In this document: positions 11,170 to 22,376 of the stretch, one piece after another | Layout: every line of letters begins with the position of its first letter | How positions within the stretch are numbered: the first letter of the stretch is position 1 | NCBI GenBank assembly: GCA_000934665.2 | Contig: KZ539032.1 | Span: 1-35,803 of the forward strand | DNA: 35,803 nt | From: Catajapyx aquilonaris | Lineage: Eukaryota | Direction: 5' to 3' | Notes under the pieces: generated by a model | What the model saw: only the letters and a program-made list of their open reading frames with translations | The model's database searches: none | What the model was told of the DNA's origin: nothing | Translations under genes and position numbers: made by a program

Positions 11170-13064
11170 TGGATGCGTGGGTAAAGTTTGATGTCCTTTA
11201 GGAAGCGGCTTTTGTAGTGGGTGCTTTTGGGATGGTCTGAGTGTGTGGGGAAGGCAGGCACAAGTGGAATTAGTGGCGCTGGGCGGCGCAGGCCCATTAA
11301 TTTCCTCGATAAGATCAAAGAGAGTCCGGGAGACACGGCCGGCCGTGGCTGACATTACGAGTCTTGCGGTCACTCTTGGGGGCAACCGGTCCTAAACCCC
11401 GCCCTTTGAAGTCTCCATCGCCCCCACAACTCTCTCTCACTGATGATGATGCAGCCGCGTGTCTCATTTTTGCCGCTCCGGAAATTTTCCGGACATTTCA
11501 TACCGCCATGGCCAAGTCAAAGTGTCAACCGCTGCAGTTATAACCTCAAAGAAATTCCTGACTCGCGTCACGAAACAAGTTACGAGAACTTTTCACCTCG
11601 TTTCAGAAAAAAGGGGGTCTTTAATCACCATTGCCGAATGTATGAACATACGCCGAAATATACGTACTTTCAAAAAAGAATTTTTTTATGGAGTAATTAA
11701 AAGATTGATTCAATATATCCGAATAGTGAGGACACTTTTCGAAATTACGGAACTTGCACATGGCCGTGTCTGTAACCACAATTTCATGGAACTGTCGGAC
11801 TGATATGTTCAGTAAATTTATTGCATTTTTTTTACGGTTCGATTGGAATCAAATTAGTCTTACAATAGGCGTTGGAATGCCGTCAACCGTTCATGCCACT
11901 TTTTTAAAAACCATCCGGTTTGAAAATACAATTCAGCGCTTTTTTTTCTCGCATGACTATACTGCAACTAATGTGTCGGTGGGAAAAAATTTCGTTTTGC
12001 CAGTTGCACGCACAAAGGTTTAAAAAAACAGCTCATAACTGCATGTAATGAGAGCAAATAATAAGCGCGTTTACCTTCTGCTGCAGATTTTCAGCTGAAA
12101 CGTGGTGTGAAACCAAACTTATAGTTTGTAATACGTCTTCTCTCTCATAAGGAATGGTTTAAATTCTCGCCTTTGAGATGCTCCAGTTTGGCCACCGCCG
12201 TTTTAGAGGTCACAATGGGTCAAAAGGCCCTGGAAATGCACCTTGGCACAATAGACCTCTCCCTTTCCGTGGGGAGAGTTGGGATGGAGAGAAAGAGAAA
12301 CTTGAGCAAGTTGCATTTAAACCCATGGCTACTGTTTGTCATAAGAGGATTTGAGCTCCCGGATTTCCAAAACCTTTGTTTTCCACGTGTGTGATGGTGC
12401 GGAAATTTCCCAGAGATCTGGTTCATTATTTACCGGGCGTTAGGTGGGGTGCGAGGCTTAATCACCCCCTCCCCCAGTACTCCCCCCCCCTCCACAAATT
12501 AAAACCGACGCCAAACCAGATGAAGTCATGAACATTTCATCCCTGCCAATAAAACCGTTGTCGTGCTGTGGCAGAAATTTGCGACTTCCAATATCGGTGC
12601 ATCGGGACTGGAAATTGATCTCGTTTATGTTATTTATTTATTGTTGCATGGCGCCCATCAATGGTTTTGGTGGAGACAGCTGCGGGAAAGCCCACCCCCA
12701 TCCCCCAAAATGTCCGGTATTCAAATGGACGCTTGTTGCAGCCTCGCAGCAGCGGTTTGGATTACTGTGAAGGTGGGATTAAAGGTCAAGAAGACGCAAT
12801 CCAGCCAGGAGTGAAGAAATACTCTAGGAATGCAAAACTTGCCACCGACACGCAGATATGAGGAGGAATTTCAAAACGATGGAAGGGGACTGACCATGTG
12901 ACGTCTGAGGATGGAACAACAGGCCCATTAAAGAAGACAATCAACCTCCGAAAGACAGAAAAAGATGATACAAGACTATCAAGGACCATTGTGCANGGTA
13001 TATAACCCACAAGTTTTTTGTCTGAACGTCCAACCCTTGACAGAGCTGTTACTCTATAGACACA

Positions 13065-13102
13065 CAAGATGATGGATGTGCAAAGATGGATCAAAATGGC
13101 GG
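13065..13102 (+). repeat. Second copy of the AAGATG/AAGATGG/CAAAATGGCGG (YY1-like) triad
   Basis: CAAGATGATGGATGTGCAAAGATGGATCAAAATGGCGG aligns, with gaps, to 3409-3452. Confidence 0.4.
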
Positions 13103-14146
13103 CTGATTTGCAAGCAGTCATTATCTTGGTGCGTGTTCCCTGCTCACGAGGGAGTTGTCCGAAGACAGGTCCGGAATTAAAACTCGGGTTTTCTAATCAA
13201 AGGACAAAGGGTGTATGTGCTTTGGATGAAGGGGGAGAGAGTTAATCACCAAAAAGTAACTCTGGCAGAGACGCAAGTTCCCCCTGGTGGCGATTATATG
13301 ACACCGGATAAGTGATGCAAAACAGTCCGTCGGGCGCCCTACGCAATCCGGAGAGGGACGCACTTTCATCAAGTGCGTTTTGTACACGACGCGTACATAA
13401 ATCCGGAGCCTCAAGAGGGCAATACGAATAAGGGCAGTGTAATAATGAAGAGGACGGTTGGTTGTAATAAAAGGGGACGGGTTTTGACATGTTTCGGGGT
13501 GCTTGTGACGTGCCATTTAATTGCGGCTGACATCTGATTGGTCGCCAGGTGACCGCGGTTACCAATTGTGTCAATTTGCCAACATCGATTCCGACAGTTA
13601 TCATTTCACAAGCGGGTGTAGTAAATGTCGAGCCAATTCGGGAAACTGATCGGTTTTGTTATTCCAGCTGCGTTTCCAAATTTTTACATCGACTTGATTC
13701 GATATAAGTATGGAAAAAATTGAACTGTTGGTGCCAATCGGATTTTCTCCGCAAGTCAAATCGGATTGCTAATTTTTATCGTCATCCTGTGGTTACATTT
13801 TGTCCTATAATGGCGCTGCTTGTACCTAATAACGCGTAGATGCTACATTGTAACTGCTTTCAGTAACTGTCATCATAAACCGCTGTAAAGAAGTTGCGCT
13901 CACAATTTAACTCGACAAAAGCATATAACTATGCGCCTCTGAACAGGCAAAACGGCCGGAAATCTCTCCTTTTTTTAAACCCAGCAGTGTCGGTATAACA
14001 AGTTGCAAAAAAATTCCCCGCCATTTTTGCACTAATTACTCCGGAAAGAGCCATAACGCAGGTGATTGCTGCTTTCGCAACACAATTCGCAGCGTTCCAG
14101 GTTAAAACCGGTGCTGACACCACCAGCCACACTAAAACTGTCTTTC

Positions 14147-14160
14147 AAAAAAAAAAAAAA
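14147..14160 (+). repeat. Poly(A)14 tract
   Basis: Read directly from the sequence. I identified no SINE/LINE body or target-site duplication with it. Confidence 0.85.
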
Positions 14161-14565
14161 TCAGCCACCTGTTGAGTAAGGGGGAAAAAAATGGAACAGC
14201 GTGGATTGTCCCTTGATTAACACCAAACGCGTTTAGCGATATTAATTGGTAGTTAATTAGTGGCAGTTGTCGAAAGAAATAGTGTGCTTCTCTTGGTCCC
14301 TCTCTAGTTGAAGCAGAGCCTAGTGGGAAATGAGGAAGGGAGGTAGGCTACATCATGCAGGATGCAGAGCCCAATTAGCCAAATGAGTGGCACATTTACG
14401 TTTAATTATCCCGACGTTTAGTGTCCCCGAGGAGCCTTAGCCGGGGAATTAAGCCGGAGCAGTGTCCTGCTATGATTTAGACCCGAAGAGAAGGGGGGAA
14501 GGGCACTAATGAGATGTTATTTCATTTCCCAGTCTCTAATAAGCTACCTGTTTTCCACATATGTG

Positions 14566-14787
14566 CACTGTTCGCCAACAATGGTCGCTTAACCGGAACT
14601 ACTGTTTTTTAAACTATCAGATTAACTGAAACATCGAAAGCTAGCGGACCGCTATGCGGCTACTGGCCCAAACGGAAGTTTAGGCCGAACCTAACGTAGC
14701 AGTCAATGGGCCAGTAGACGTTATTTGTAAGTAGCAGTTAACCACTAGCAGTTCCTTAACAAATAGCGGCCAAATTAGCAGTTCCTT
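14566..14787. mobile_element. Degenerate foldback/MITE-like element
   Basis: A perfect 11-bp inverted pair CTACTGGCCCA (14660-14670) / TGGGCCAGTAG (14707-14717) surrounds TTAGG-ccgaa-CCTAA. Weaker outer symmetry: GGAACTACTG vs TAGCAGTTCC and TGGTCGCT vs AGCGGCCA. TAGCAGTTCCTT is directly repeated at 14746 and 14776. Confidence 0.45.
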
Positions 14788-15141
14788 TGGATTCATCGCC
14801 CTTCGAGGTATAGAGTGGAGCCCTCTTTTGTTCGGGAAGTGATGCTTGTTAGAAGAATGCTGATTGCATAAGGAGGATGGTTCCAGCTGTGTGTTGGAGA
14901 AAAGCCGGCTAGTTACCTGTTGAGTGTGGAAGTGGGAGGGGGGCATTAAATCAAAGGGAGAAGGGGGGAGGCGGATTTTGACTGCCCCCCTACCCTCCCA
15001 CCCCCCACATACCCTCGGTCCATGGCACCTCGGCGGCTTGACCATTTGTTTAGCCAGCAAGCCCCGTCGCGCGATTAAACCCCGGCTGCTGCTGCTGCTG
15101 GCTAATGAATAAAATATGGGTGTGAGCAAACATCAGGTGGC

Positions 15142-15349
15142 CCAATTCGCACCGCCATCCCCGCCATCATATTTGTGGCCACGCCCACCATTAGTCACGT
15201 GTCCAGATAAATCATCATTCTCAGGTGGTTGGGTATAAAACGACAGAGTAACATTGTTATTGCGCCATTTGCATCTCAAGTGGAAGGTTTCAAACTCTAT
15301 GTGAAGACTGACAGTTTAGCAAACGGACGTCCGAAAAATATTGGTAAGT
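15142..15349 (+). promoter_or_regulatory. Candidate TATA-type Pol II promoter with a short non-coding first exon
   Basis: In order: CCAAT 15142-15146, CCGCCATC twice (15152, 15161), Sp/KLF-type GCCACGCCCA 15178-15187, E-box GTCACGTG 15194-15201, TATAAAA 15234-15240, GCCATTT/ATTTGCAT 15264-15274 about 30 bp downstream, and donor GTAAGT 15344-15349. Confidence 0.35.
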
Positions 15350-16729
15350 TTCGCCGAGTTGCGTTTCGCCGACTCGTCTAAGAGGCAACAATCCGTGCAG
15401 ATGGCTCATTGAACATGTTTTTTTTTTCCTGCCTGCATTCGCCATATTTAAGGCTGAAATTCGGCGCGATGCAATTCGGCGTAAGGACCCCTTAAAATTT
15501 GGGTATCCAAGAAGGTCCTCCGTGACTCCCATCGAGGAGGCTGCGACTGTCGGAATGAGAATGTTAATGAAGGCGATGAGGGAATAAGGCAAAGAAGAAG
15601 TTAACGACGCAGTTTGCAGGGATGAAGTAAAGGGAAGGCTGCTGGCAGAGGTGATGGTAATGAATGTTACCTTTTGCACTAGTTGTAGTACTAAAGTGGG
15701 TCGAGTAGTCCACGTGGCTTGCACCGAAATTGTGCGCAACTAAATGAGCGGGCTTTGATGCATCTCCATCCGGTCATAACTTTGCTATAACTGCATCCCT
15801 CCCCAACGTAACAAGACGGGTGTGTCTAATCGTCCCTTGTCTAGCAAGTTGGCAGGATAGTCATTCATTATTCCGGAGCTTAAAACCGGGCCTAAAAAGG
15901 GCTGCCGCTGCGTAGAAAACCGCATTGTTCATTGGAGCTAATTAGGAAGCGTAATCCATTAGCATTCCGGCTTGATTATGCTTCCCGCTTATATGTACAA
16001 GCCCGGAATCGAGCTGGGACGAAATTTTATAAAATGCGCGCATATTTCTCTTGAAACTCATCCCTTCCCATTTCCCACAAAAAAATGAGAGCTAACTAGC
16101 TCCAGTCTGGCCAGAAAATAACCGTTGGTTGTATTCAAGTAAATGCACCATTAGACAATTAGGCTAGGATAGTGCGTTTGCCCAAGGTGTATAATGCCAT
16201 TAATCCCAGGCCTTTCACTCTACAGGCTGCACAATCAACTTGTCGGCGCATCGACCTGCAATTAATTTCCTCTCCCCCCCCCCATCTCCCCAACCCTTCT
16301 CTCCCCTTTTTTTAAAAAAGGAAAAAAAGAAGATTAGAAAAAAGCGCATCACGCAAGCATTTCCTATGCATGTTGGGCTCCAACCTTATTTGTCCTCTAT
16401 TCTGAACCCGCGCGAATCAAAATGGAATTATGCATTCATCTTACTCCCCAGGAGGAAGGGGGGTGAATAATCATAAAAAAGGGGGAAGATAGGAGTTGAG
16501 GGAAGGTGATGGTGGGGGGTCTTAAAAGGAGGAGGGGGGGAGTTGAAATCCCTCCGATTTGTCAAGATTGATTGATTCGTACGCTGACAGGTTGACGGGT
16601 TGGGAAACGTAAGTGAAGGCACCTAAGTGATGAAATTTGTACCAGCCTGGAACGTTTGGGAAGAGAGGTGTGGACGGCCTAATACGACCTGACTCACTCC
16701 CCCCAAAGTTTCCACTATGTTTGAATATA

Positions 16730-16956
16730 CAGGGTGGTCCCGACCTCGCTCACAAAAATAACTAACAAGCCTCATTTTAAAAATCTGGGATTCCAACTTC
16801 CGCCTCAAGTACATTTTTGGCACGTGAATGTGTGATGTCCGAAAATTGTCACCGGCTGGCTCGTACCGGCATAAACAATATTTAAAATATTAGCTAACAT
16901 CGAAAATTTAAACATAATGTCTACAGGGATTGTTACAGTGTTGTTGGACCAGCCTG
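16730..16956. mobile_element. Mariner-type MITE, 227 bp
   Basis: TA|CAGGGTGGTCC ... GGACCAGCCTG|TA; 10/11 terminal bases are complementary, TA lies at 16728-16729 and 16957-16958, and the interior is AT-rich and non-coding. Confidence 0.65.
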
Positions 16957-18578
16957 TAGATCAGCAGAGAAAAGGAAGAAGAAAGGAGAAGGGGAAAATA
17001 CGCTTCCTTCCTTCTTTTCTCGGAGCGGATGTTACATTTTTAAAAAGCGCCGCCTAGTATTTCATTATTCAGCCCAAATTGACTCCGATGTAATGAAACC
17101 TGAGCCGTTTCCTCCCAAAGGAGGCTTAATATTTATAGCCTGCATATTAGGAGCAAGTTCAAGCGCCCTGCTTGTCCATTACCTTAGATATGTAATTTAT
17201 AAAGTGGGACAAAAGGAGAGAGAGAGAAAAAAAGGTGGAATGCATACATGTAGAGGAGGAATAAAGAAAAGGAAAAAAAGGCCAGGAGAGAAAAGGGAGA
17301 AGGAAGTGACCTGGTGCAAAAGAGAGCTTCTCGGAATACCAATGCAGGTCTCCTGGCTCTTTCTGCATAATTGCTTTTGGGGCCAGTTCTGCGTGCCCGA
17401 AGCATAAGGTGCCCAAAAATAACACCCAGAAAAGGCGACATGAAAAAGGAGCTGCACTCGCTCTATTATAACCTATGCTACGCCATATTTCACCCAGCTT
17501 TAATCACTGCATGTCACGAAAAAGAAATTGGGAGCATCTTACGAAAAAAAGGACACAAGTGCTCTGAATATCAAACTGAGACATTCATGAGTATGAACTT
17601 TGATCGTACAATAAAATTTATGCATTATTTTTGCCTCTCTTTACATGCCAAAATAGCTAACCCGAATCACGATGGATACAACTGATAATATGTCAATAAC
17701 GCACTTTATAGGCCCGAAGCATCGCATACCTCTAGTCAACCATCCAACCCACCAAAAAAGGCCACCGATGACTCTCAGTTTAGCAGATATGCCAATTTGG
17801 CCCTGAATATTTTTTATGTACTTGTAAAGAAGCGCCCTTTTTGTAGAAAAAACCCCAGCATTGTTCCTCTTGTGAGATGAGGACAGGAATTAAGATTGCA
17901 GCAACTGGAGACGTCAGCATGGATGATGATGGTGGTGGTGGGCATCAAACGTGGTTGTGTTGCAAGTCTTTGGCCTCAGCTGGAACTCTTTGATTGGGCA
18001 ACAACATCTGCCAGGCAAACTAATGATAGCCTACCTGCCTCCTGTATAGTTTACGTGACTGTGTCCGCTGGCTTCACGTGAATTCTGCTCTCCTTCTAAC
18101 GATCCAATTATCGTTCCGCACCGTTTCGCCAAGAATCTCGGGGAAGGCCACCCCCATCATCCCGCCAAAAAAAACACACACCCCACGGGCTTCAAACGGA
18201 GGGAAATAAGCAGAAGAATGGCAGAATGGAAGCTTTGAATGGAGTGCCTGCCTTTCAAGCCTCTCTGAATGGACCCAACCCATTCACCCGCATTATGCAA
18301 CTCGCAAGATCAGGAAGTCACATTTTTTTCGGATGGGGTAAACTTTCGTGTGTTGGAATCTGCAACACTCCAAAGTTTAAGGAGAAAATTTCCGATTATG
18401 TTCGTAGATTTGGCACAGCTTCCAACATATAAACTGGCCAAGTTAATTATCCAGGCTAGATTAAACCCCCGGTCCTTGCTTCCTGAACCCGTTTTTCTAA
18501 CTCTCTTTTACGGTCCCAGAAGCGAAAAATCTATACCGTCCCCCCTCCGTACGTAATAACTCGTGTATAAACAAAAGC

Positions 18579-18917
18579 CCGGCATTTACGGGGCCGTAAC
18601 CGTATCCGGTTCTCCTTCCGGAATGGAAGCTAAGAGGACACCGTCCGTATCTGCTGGAGTAGTTTGGTGGCCAAAAATCCTCCTGGGTATATGGCCCGGG
18701 TTATATCAGGAATCAGCAGAGAGAAAAAAAAGGTGCAGAAAATCCAGCAGATGACAGCGGAGGCGGCCATCTCTCCGGATCCTGTGGAATGGATTCCGGA
18801 TCCGGGCCGAAGGGAAACAGTGGCCGAATTACGGGGCTGTAAAGGCGGCCGTGCTTTTAAAACCGGGCCTGGGTGATGCAAGCCCACCGATAACAATACC
18901 GCTGCCCAAAAACCCGG
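18579..18917. repeat. CCGG-dense module B
   Basis: Nine CCGG tetramers in 339 bp, TTACGGGGCYGTAA twice (18586-18599, 18829-18842), and ATTCCGGATCCG shared with module A. Confidence 0.5.
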
Positions 18918-19633
18918 CGGGTACTTTTGGGATCCTCCCGAGCTGATTTATTCTTTGTCGATGCTGATAAAAGGGCAGGGGACTCCAAAATATGCCAAGA
19001 TCTCCCGGTGTCATCCAGGGTAGGACATTCTCCCAGGGTTCGAAATAAGCAGCTCGTTTCATTTTTTTAAAAAATGCCCAGTTACATTGTTCACTGTTCA
19101 AAACAACTCAACAAACTTGCCACGACATGTTCCGCATTTATACCGAGAGTAATTACAGTGTGCACGAGCTTATATGTGTTTTTCAACATTTCCTCTCTCG
19201 TCTTACAGTATTATAGCTCTGCAATTGAGATTTCGGTGAACTGCTTCCAAATAAAAATAAACTGCACTGCCAAAATAGACCGCATGCACCAAGCAGCCTT
19301 TTTAATGTTTAGTACTTTTAAAAAATCCGCTTGTATATAGATCCTGGACAACAATTGCAAATGGCGTAAAGAGGTCAAAAGACCACAGCAGAGCACCACT
19401 GTAAATGCTGCCCAGGGGGTTGCATTCAATTCTGCCAGTGCATTGGACGGGCTCGCACTTTGTTAAATTTTTAGTGTCCTTTTTGCAGTCAACCCTCCCA
19501 CAACAGTTTATTACACTTTTTGAGCATATACAGCAAAAGGGGAAACCTGTTGTGTGCTGGGATAATTCTGCAATGGAAGCCTTAAAAATCCGGGCGACGA
19601 AATGATTTCCCTCCCCCCCCCCCCCCCCCCCCC

Positions 19634-19858
19634 NNNNNNNNNNNNNNNNNNNNNNNNNNNNNNNNNNNNNNNNNNNNNNNNNNNNNNNNNNNNNNNNNNN
19701 NNNNNNNNNNNNNNNNNNNNNNNNNNNNNNNNNNNNNNNNNNNNNNNNNNNNNNNNNNNNNNNNNNNNNNNNNNNNNNNNNNNNNNNNNNNNNNNNNNNN
19801 NNNNNNNNNNNNNNNNNNNNNNNNNNNNNNNNNNNNNNNNNNNNNNNNNNNNNNNNNN
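19634..19858. other. Assembly gap (225 N) flanked by poly-C and poly-G
   Basis: Run of N with C21 at 19613-19633 and G13 at 19859-19871. Confidence 0.98.
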
Positions 19859-21377
19859 GGGGGGGGGGGGGAGGATGGCCCATTGTGCTGTAATCTCCCA
19901 GTATATCAAGTCAGAGCCAAATGAAGCGACAATCATGCCCCATCGCTACGCGTCCTGCCAGAAGGGGCTAATGGTCCATAGTTCTTTTGGGCAGGCAAGC
20001 AGGCTGGTCCTCGCCCAGTAGAGAAGGGGGAAAAAAACGGACCACGTCTTTGGCCCAATTCGGGATCCAACCCGATTCCTATCGCTAACAAGATAGTCAT
20101 GGGGGCCCAGACTCGTTCCTGAATAAGTGAAAAACCTGGGGGTTTCGGGACCGGCCAATTGCCCTACACCCTTCCAGTCATTTACCTTATAAATTGGCCT
20201 CTCTGTCCAGTTGGCGGTCTGGAGCTCGTATAAAACTAAGGATCGGCGCATTTAGAAGGCAATTCCCTATGGCAATAAGCAGTTGTCAAATCTTCATTAT
20301 AATCCGGAGAGCAAATGCAATCAACAACAAAATCCACGAAAAAGCTTATGAAATCATGGGGGACAGAAAATTTATGTAAACATCTACACAACCATGTGTT
20401 AGAATTCATCACATTCCGTATGACATCAGGTTGCATTCTAGGGCAAAGGGAAATGTGGAAAGCCGACCATTTTTTTACTCTAGATCGTACAGATTTTTTT
20501 GGGGGAGAGCTGGACACGCAGGTTGGACAAAAGACAGAGTGCGGCCTCCGACTGAGAACCAATTGCTTTTCTATTACATTCAATATTTTATCAACCCGGG
20601 CCTCATCCCTTATCCTCAGGTATACACGCCAATTACGGGCTGAGTCGTGTCCACCCCTCCGAAAAAGATTCCATCCAATTATGTGATTCCGAAAGGCGCT
20701 GCCCAATTTTCGCATTAATTGAGCGTGTCCGCCACGATTTATTGGCTGGCTCGACAATGCTAGGTGCCCAGGTCCCTTCCTTCCTTTTTTTATTATTTGG
20801 AGAGAAAGAGAGACGAAGGAAGGAGATATAGTGTTTCATCGGGAAGTATCAGTGAGTAATTGGCAGCCTTGGCATCGGCCGTCCACTAAATCAGCGAGGT
20901 AAGCCCGATTCGCTCCCCATCAAGGGTAAAAAAAAGAAGAAGAAGAGAAAGAAGTCTTTTCTAGTTATCCGGGGACATTTGCTGACCTCGCGTGGCCTCC
21001 ACTCCCTCAAAGGCAGTGACAGATACACACTTTGAGCCACCAATCCTCTTTGAACGGGTCAATTAACAGGATGGCCGGACGACACCCGTCTTTTTCAACT
21101 TATATCGCGACGCCTGTCAAAATCAAGCCGGGAAAAGGAAATCGTGACATGAAACAGCCGACACCTGCATTTCCACTTACATCTAAGGGGATTTGGAGTC
21201 ATTCTCTTGCACTTTGATCAAAGTAAGCGGAACGAGGCTCAACATTACAGGACCTGTTCAAAAATAAATCAATTCCAACCCACGATTGGAGTGGAAAGCA
21301 GCAGTTTTGAGGTGTATCTATCATTTTAGTGGATTATCTGGGTAAAAAAAATCGGCGTAGACCTAATGACACCTCTA

Positions 21378-21448
21378 CATAATGTGATCTCCGGTGCACA
21401 TGAGTTCACCCTCAAAGTTTGTATGCACTATTGTGATGACACACCCTG
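21378..21448. mobile_element. Possible decayed member of the ~70-75-bp CAGGGTG micro-MITE family
   Basis: The right end GACACACCCTG is intact. The left end TA|CATAATGTGATC only partly matches CAGGGTGTGTC. Length is 71 bp. Confidence 0.2.
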
Positions 21449-22313
21449 TGCAGGAAAGAACGGGGGGAAAGGCCCGTAAGCCCAATGATGGAGATAATCG
21501 GACGTAAATCGCGTCCAACAAATCCTCCCCTGGTGTACTAGAGCCAGTTTTTCCCCCACCCCCACTCCGCTGTCCCAGTCCCGTGTGAAAATGGGTGTTG
21601 GAGAAGCTGGCATTTCCGAGGCATTAGTCCCACAATTTGCAAACTGGGGTGAATCCCTCCCCCACTCCAAAAAGGTTATTATCTGCACCGCCTGGTCCTG
21701 ACGTAATGACATTGGCGCGAATGGGGGCCAAAACCGGCCGAGGGATGAAGCAAGGTCGCCAAACAATCTCCGCGCGTCCCTGAATGTGTGTGTGTACTTC
21801 ACTCGCAAAATCAGATTCGCAGAGAGAAAAAGCGAGCAGGACCGATACTCTCAAAGAGTGGCCAAATTAAAGCCTCATTCATCCGGGGAGGGGGGGGGAG
21901 GGGGATGTTTGCAGCCTCTCTCTCTCCCTAATATGGCCGGCTGGCACCTTGGACTAGGCTTCCCCTTTTTTGGGAGCTGTTAGTAGAGAGGGGGGGGGAT
22001 GGGCTAGCCCTGCAGGCTGCAGACAAAAAGGGCAGATAAGCGAGCGGACAAGGCAGCCATTCCCGCTTTGCGCGCACCAATAAACGACTCCATGAATAAT
22101 TTGGAAATGTCGAGGCCCCCGAGGTGAGTGCCTGCCTGCTGAGCGAGAGAGAGAAGGGCCTGGCTTGCTACAATGCAGCCTCATCTCCTGTTTCCAACCC
22201 CCATTCCAAACAGAATAGATAAAAAGCTGATCGACTCCAAAGCATAGCACAAACTGCTTCCCGATACACCTCTGCTAGATGAAAGTGTTAGGACTAGTCT
22301 GCTGGACTTGCAT

Positions 22314-22376
22314 CACAAAATGGCCGTCGGTGCTGGAGCATGCGCAACAGCTATGCATGCGCAGTGGGCGCTGCGC
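22314..22376 (+). promoter_or_regulatory. YY1-like site plus two NRF1/Ewg-like GCATGCGCA sites
   Basis: CAAAATGGCCG at 22316-22326, GCATGCGCA at 22338-22346 and TGCATGCGCAG at 22354-22364. Confidence 0.3.

Noticed and set aside
2482..12411. Scattered NF-kB/Rel-like sites (2482, ~8286, 11480, 12401)
   Set aside because: They are not clustered, and several matches to GGGRNNYYCC are expected by chance in 36 kb.
17711..17736. GC-rich stretch before CTAGT resembling a Helitron 3' end
   Set aside because: No stable hairpin precedes the CTAG, and I could identify no 5' end or second copy.
19156..19401. TA|CAGTG ... CACTG|TA possible MITE
   Set aside because: Only 5 terminal bases pair cleanly, which is indistinguishable from chance.
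19302..20021. ORFs spanning the N gap, including a Cys-rich stretch (CCICSKSVINCCGRVDC...)
   Set aside because: Their length is an artefact of reading through Ns and poly-G/C. The Cys spacing does not cleanly match a domain I can name.
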